A stretch of 64,000 nt of DNA from an uncultured Gammaproteobacteria bacterium (GTDB lineage: Bacteria > Pseudomonadota > Gammaproteobacteria > UBA9214). Below the pieces are notes generated by a model. The model was not told where the DNA came from and did not search any database. It worked only from the letters and a program-made list of their open reading frames with translations. Shown here one piece after another: positions 59,852 through 64,000 of this stretch. Both the position numbers and the translations under genes were made by a program. The stretch spans positions 352,001 to 416,000 of the forward strand of contig CAVVHS010000007.1 in assembly GCA_963748215.1 (NCBI GenBank), in the 5' to 3' direction. Numbering within the stretch: the stretch's first letter is position 1; the number at the start of each line of letters is the position of its first letter.

Positions 59852-61686
59852 TGGCCGATATCGATTACAAGAGCCGCGGCAGCATCCTCAACCCGCTGCG
59901 CAACCTGTCGTTCCTGACGCGCAAGCCGGTCACGCTGCCGCTCGAACCGCGCGAGGCCTCGGCCAATTACCGCGGCTTTCACCTCAACGACTGGGAAAAG
60001 TGCATCGGCTGCAGCACCTGCCAGAAGATCTGCGACAACGAAGCGATTACCATGATCCACATCCCGGACCTGCCGGAGGACCCGATCAAGGGGGTGCGGG
60101 CGCAGCGACCGGCCATCGATTACGGCCGCTGCTGCTGGTGCGGCCTGTGTGTGGACATCTGTCCGACGGCGTCGCTGTCGCTGTCGCGCGAGTACGTGCA
60201 TACCTGCGAGGAACACGAGCTGGACAGCTATTTCATCCTGCCCGACCCGCAGGGCATGCACAAGAAGTTCTACGGCCACGGCTGGCGCAAGACCGCGGAC
60301 GAGGATCTAATTGACCTCGAGCGCCAGGCCATGCCCGAGCAGCCGGCGGAACAGCGCCTGCAGTCGTTCGGCGAATTCGTGCAGGGTTACGACATGCAGC
60401 AGGCCATCGTCGAGGCATCGCGATGCGTGCAGTGCGGCATGTGCCACGATTCCTGCCCGGCACACATGAACGCACCGGAATATATCCGCGCCATCTGGGA
60501 ACAGGACCTGGAGGAGGCGGTGCGCCAGATCTACCGCACCAACCCGTTCGCGCACGTGTGCGGGCGCGTTTGCACGCGGCGCTGCGAGGCGGCCTGTTCC
60601 ATCGGCGTACGGGGCGAGCCGGTGGCTATCCGCTGGCTGAAGCGATATGCCATGGACAGCGTCGGCCATGAACGCATACGCGAGATTGCAGGCGAGGGGC
60701 GTGGCGACTATCTCAGCGGTGGCAAGGTTGCGGTGATCGGTGCCGGACCCGCCGGCCTGACCGCGGCCTTCGACCTGGCACGGCACGGCCACAGCGTCAC
60801 GGTGTACGAGGCGCAGCCGGCGGCGGGCGGCATGATGCGCTACGGCATCCCGGCCTACCGGTTGCCGTACGCGCGCATCGACGACGACGTCGACGTGATT
60901 CGCGCCATGGGCGTCGACATCCAGTACAATACGCGCATTGGCCGCGATATTTCCATGTCGCAGCTGCAGGCGGACTACGATGGCGTACTGCTGGCCATCG
61001 GCCTGTGGAACGGTCGCTCCACGCGCGTGCCCGGTTCGGACCACGCACAGGTGCGCAGTGCGGTCGAGCTGCTGCGCGAGATCACGCTCAACGAGTCCTT
61101 GACGGTGCCGCAGTCGGCTGTGGTCATCGGCGGTGGCAATACCGCCATGGATATCGCGCGCAGCATGGCACGCCTGCAGCTCGTGCAATACGGACAGGCC
61201 AATATCACGCTTACCGCACTGGAAGACGCCGATCACTTGCTGGCCGACCCGGTGGAGATCCGCGAGACCGACGAGGAAGGCATTACCATCCTGCCGGGGC
61301 GCGGTCCGCGCCGCTGCATGATGGACGAGCAGGGCCGGCTGGTCGGGCTGGAGACCGTGCGCGTGGTGTCGCTGCATGACGAACAGGGCCGCTTCGCGCC
61401 GCAATACGACGACGGCGATGTGCAGATGCACGTCGCGGATATGGTGATCGAGGCCATCGGCCAGCAGGCGGACACCTCGCTGCTGAGCGTGGAACTTACC
61501 GAGGCGCTGGAATGGGAGCGCGGCCGGATCAAGACCGATGCCGGCGGTCGCAGCTCGGTCGGCTGGCTGTGGGCGGCCGGCGACGTGGTTACGGGGCCGG
61601 ATGTTATCCACGCCGTGGCCGACGGGCACCGCGTCGCAGCCAGCATCGAGGCCTGCCTGGGACAGGAGAGATATGCCAATGGGTAG
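59851..61686 (+). CDS. Mbx subunit N (NuoI-like 2x[4Fe-4S]) fused to a GltD/SudA/NfnB-like FAD-NAD(P) oxidoreductase
   Basis: CIGCSTCQKIC and CCWCGLCVDICP; then EASRCVQC..C...CPAH, CGRVCTRRCE..C, GAGPAG, GGGNTAMD, AAGDVVTG. Confidence 0.9.
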   Translation: MADIDYKSRGSILNPLRNLSFLTRKPVTLPLEPREASANYRGFHLNDWEKCIGCSTCQKICDNEAITMIHIPDLPEDPIKGVRAQRPAIDYGRCCWCGLCVDICPTASLSLSREYVHTCEEHELDSYFILPDPQGMHKKFYGHGWRKTADEDLIDLERQAMPEQPAEQRLQSFGEFVQGYDMQQAIVEASRCVQCGMCHDSCPAHMNAPEYIRAIWEQDLEEAVRQIYRTNPFAHVCGRVCTRRCEAACSIGVRGEPVAIRWLKRYAMDSVGHERIREIAGEGRGDYLSGGKVAVIGAGPAGLTAAFDLARHGHSVTVYEAQPAAGGMMRYGIPAYRLPYARIDDDVDVIRAMGVDIQYNTRIGRDISMSQLQADYDGVLLAIGLWNGRSTRVPGSDHAQVRSAVELLREITLNESLTVPQSAVVIGGGNTAMDIARSMARLQLVQYGQANITLTALEDADHLLADPVEIRETDEEGITILPGRGPRRCMMDEQGRLVGLETVRVVSLHDEQGRFAPQYDDGDVQMHVADMVIEAIGQQADTSLLSVELTEALEWERGRIKTDAGGRSSVGWLWAAGDVVTGPDVIHAVADGHRVAASIEACLGQERYANG

Positions 61687-62206
61687 TGATACAGATACAC
61701 GCAGCCGGGAGGGCGCCTTGCATGGCAAGGACCTGCTGGCGTCGAAAAAGTCGCTGCAGGACATCCTGCTCGTGGCAACGGCCTTCGAGAAGACGGCGCG
61801 CGATTTCTACACGGCGTTGATTCCGCGCGTCAGCAAGCAGATCCGCTACCTGGTGGAGGAGCTGGCGGAAGAGGAGCAGCGTCACTACGACCTGTTCACT
61901 GAGCTGGCGAAATCACCGGACATCAACGAGCTTGTCCACGCGCAGGTTACTGTGCCCGTCAACGACCACCATTTTTCCGACTACGTGCACATGCCGGAAA
62001 TCGATGATGCGCCGGATGACCAGGCAATCCTGCAATATGCGCTCGCACGCGAGCATGCTGCGATGGAGCAGTATCGCGACCTCGCCAATAACACCGAATC
62101 AGGCCCGATCCACGACCTGTTCGAGTTCCTGGCCATCGAGGAGACCAAGCACAAGCGCGAACTGGAGAAGATCTACTACGAGACGGTGCACAGCGGGGGC
62201 GTCTGA
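61673..62206 (+). CDS. Ferritin-like (rubrerythrin-type di-iron) protein
   Basis: FEKTARDFY, LAEEEQRH, EHAAMEQY, LAIEETKH; overlaps the end of the upstream gene. Confidence 0.85.
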   Translation: MPMGSDTDTRSREGALHGKDLLASKKSLQDILLVATAFEKTARDFYTALIPRVSKQIRYLVEELAEEEQRHYDLFTELAKSPDINELVHAQVTVPVNDHHFSDYVHMPEIDDAPDDQAILQYALAREHAAMEQYRDLANNTESGPIHDLFEFLAIEETKHKRELEKIYYETVHSGGV

Positions 62207-62255
62207 GCCGGACCTGCAAACGCCATCCAGCGGGTTATCCGTTTTAAGCGGTTTA

Positions 62256-62463
62256 AATGGCCACGGAATCCACGGCAGAACACGGAAAACACGTAGGATG
62301 CACTCCGTGCACCATTGGGTGAGACGTGAGACGTGAACAGCAGAATGGCCACGGAATCAACGGCAGAACACGGAAAACACGTAGGATGCACTCCGTGCAC
62401 CATTGGGTGAGACGTGAGACGTGAACAGCAGAATGGCCACGGAATCAACGGCAGAACACGGAA
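62256..62463 (+). repeat. Tandem direct repeat, 88-bp unit x ~2.4
   Basis: AATGGCCACGGAATC.ACGGCAGAACACGGAA starts at 62256, 62344 and 62432; the unit contains GTAGGATGCACTCCGTGCACCA and GTGAGACGTGAGACGTGA. Confidence 0.9.
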
Positions 62464-62497
62464 TGACGTCAAGAACCTCTACGAGTCTATACCTCGC

Positions 62498-62580
62498 CAT
62501 TGCGAGCGGAGCGAAGCAATCTTTCGATTTCATGATCAGTCGGCTGGAGATCGCTTCGTCACTGCATTCCTCGCAATGAC
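62498..62580. repeat. REP/RPE-like palindromic element
   Basis: CATTGCGAGCGGAGCGAAGCAATCT ... AGATCGCTTCGTCACTGCATTCCTCGCAATG imperfect inverted repeat. Confidence 0.75.
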
Positions 62581-62607
62581 GGGATGATCAGGGTTACCTT
62601 GAATAAA

Positions 62608-62773
62608 TAGCCACGGAAACACACGGAAGAACACGGAATGAATCTGGATTTTTCCGTGTTCTTCCGTGTTCTTCCGTGGATTCCGTGGCAATAATAACTG
62701 GCTGCATTAATGCCACAGCAATCACCGAATAACGCTTATGTGATCAGAATATTTCCGTGATTTCCGTGGCCAT
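62608..62773. repeat. CACGGAA-type repeats forming a hairpin, plus one extra copy
   Basis: GCCACGGAAACACACGGAAGAACACGGAA then TTCCGTGTTCTTCCGTGTTCTTCCGTGGATTCCGTGGC; TTTCCGTGATTTCCGTGGCCAT at ~62752. Confidence 0.85.
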
Positions 62774-62843
62774 AATCCAGCTTTACAGAATTTGCGGACA
62801 GGCTGTATGGTGTGACCTGCATAGGTAACAACAGGGGACAATA

Positions 62844-63860
62844 ATGCAACTGGGAATGATCGGCCTCGGGCGCATGGGCGCCAACATGGTTCAGCGCCTG
62901 ATGCGTGCCGGGCACGAATGCGTGGTCTACGACCGCAACCCGGAGGCGGTGCATGGCCTGGAGTCGCACGGTGCGTTCGGCACCACCAATCTCGACGGCT
63001 TTATCGCCAGCCTCGACAAGCCGCGCGCCATCTGGCTGATGGTGCCGGCCGCCGTGGTCGACCGCGTGATCGACGAGCTGGCGCCGCAGCTCGAGGCGGG
63101 CGACATCCTGATCGACGGCGGTAATTCGTATTACCGTGACGACATCATGCGCGCCGCTCAGTTGCAGGCACGCGGTATCCACTATCTCGACGTCGGCACC
63201 AGCGGCGGTGTGTGGGGCCTGGAGCGCGGCTACTGCCTGATGATCGGCGGCGAGCAGGATATCGTCGCGCACCTCGAGCCGCTGTTTTCCACGCTGGCAC
63301 CGGGTGTCGGCGACATCCCGCGCACGCAGGGCCGCAGCGGTCCGCCGGCGCGCGCCGAACAGGGCTACCTGCACTGTGGTCCGGCCGGCGCCGGGCACTT
63401 CGTGAAAATGGTGCATAACGGCATCGAGTACGGCCTGATGGCAGCCTACGCCGAGGGTCTGAACATTCTGGCGCACGCCAATGTCGGCAACGACGGGCAT
63501 GCCGAGGACGCCGAGACCACGCCGCTGCGCGACCCGGACGCGTTCCGCTACGATATCGACCTCGCCGCGGTGACCGAGCTGTGGCGGCGTGGCAGCGTGG
63601 TCAGTTCGTGGCTGCTGGATCTCACCGCAGAGGCGCTGCAGCGCAGCCCCGACCTGGCGGAGTTCAGCGGTCACGTGTCCGATTCCGGCGAGGGCCGCTG
63701 GACCAGCATCGCCGCCATCGAGTGCGGTGCGCCGGCACGCGTGCTGACCACGGCGCTGTACGACCGTTTCACCTCGCGCGGCGAATCGGACTTCGCCGAC
63801 AAGGTGCTGTCCGCCATGCGCTTCGGTTTCGGCGGGCATCATGAGAAACGTGAATCGTGA
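62844..63860 (+). CDS. gnd: 6-phosphogluconate dehydrogenase, decarboxylating (short, probably NAD-preferring type)
   Basis: GMIGLGRMG, YDRN, IDGGNS, GHFVKMVHNGIEYG, DSGEGRW, MRFGFGGH; 338 aa. Confidence 0.92.
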   Translation: MQLGMIGLGRMGANMVQRLMRAGHECVVYDRNPEAVHGLESHGAFGTTNLDGFIASLDKPRAIWLMVPAAVVDRVIDELAPQLEAGDILIDGGNSYYRDDIMRAAQLQARGIHYLDVGTSGGVWGLERGYCLMIGGEQDIVAHLEPLFSTLAPGVGDIPRTQGRSGPPARAEQGYLHCGPAGAGHFVKMVHNGIEYGLMAAYAEGLNILAHANVGNDGHAEDAETTPLRDPDAFRYDIDLAAVTELWRRGSVVSSWLLDLTAEALQRSPDLAEFSGHVSDSGEGRWTSIAAIECGAPARVLTTALYDRFTSRGESDFADKVLSAMRFGFGGHHEKRES

Positions 63861-63870
63861 GAGGTGATTT

Positions 63871-64000
63871 GTGAGTGAGGTCGACACGGCGTCCCCCAGT
63901 GTCATGGTGATCTTCGGCGCCGGCGGGGACCTGACCCGGCGCAAGCTGATTCCGGCCATCTACTACCTGTGCCGCGATGGCCTCCTGCCGGAGACCTTTG
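63871..64000 (+). CDS. zwf: Glucose-6-phosphate dehydrogenase, N-terminus (runs off the window)
   Basis: Read manually: [24 protein letters not shown]. Confidence 0.85.
   Translation, partial: MSEVDTASPSVMVIFGAGGDLTRRKLIPAIYYLCRDGLLPETF

Noticed and set aside
43255-61686. Glutamate synthase (gltD) calls for the two flavoproteins
   Set aside because: No gltB large subunit in the window; both are fused to FeS subunits of other complexes.
13015-61764. Many long antisense or alternative-frame ORFs (e.g. 13015..14766, 41564..43282, 47742..49355, 60307..61764)
   Set aside because: Shadow ORFs expected in high-GC DNA opposite well-supported genes; no recognisable motifs.
62256-62463. CRISPR array
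   Set aside because: The intervening sequences are identical rather than unique spacers, there are only three motif copies, and no cas genes are present.

Overview
GC-rich bacterial chromosomal window. Gene content (SoxW-like thioredoxin, DsrC/TusE-family protein, sulfur-globule-like protein, rdgC, greB, yeiP) suggests a sulfur-oxidising gammaproteobacterium; this is an inference. Positions 1-37.5 kb hold housekeeping and accessory genes: methionine salvage mtnD/mtnB, TolC plus membrane fusion protein, two ABC-F ATPases, a PPi-type PEP carboxykinase, arfB, greB, typA, efp-like yeiP, slyD, a secreted metallopeptidase and a low-GC PEP-CTERM-type gene. Positions 37.7-64 kb form one carbon/energy island. 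It contains gpmI-pfkB; a minus-strand ppsA-porC-porA-porB-(porD::GltD-like fusion)-glgP run; and, divergently from a region with two FNR-type boxes, a complete 13-gene Mrp-Mbx (MBS, membrane-bound sulfane reductase-like) operon in Thermococcales gene order. Its last subunit is fused to a GltD/NfnB-like flavoprotein and is followed by a ferritin-like gene, gnd and zwf. The best candidate for a new system is this island, read as an anoxia-induced module coupling glycogen oxidation to polysulfide/stored-sulfur reduction through NAD(P)H. Other notable items: a 295-bp MITE splitting a small gene, a sulfur-globule-protein/OmpA fusion, and mosaic intergenic islands of several REP-like repeat families. 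No rRNA, tRNA or CRISPR array was seen. Three single-base frameshifts (ABC-F x1, ppsA x2) look like sequencing indels. All family assignments are from motif recognition by eye, not database searches.
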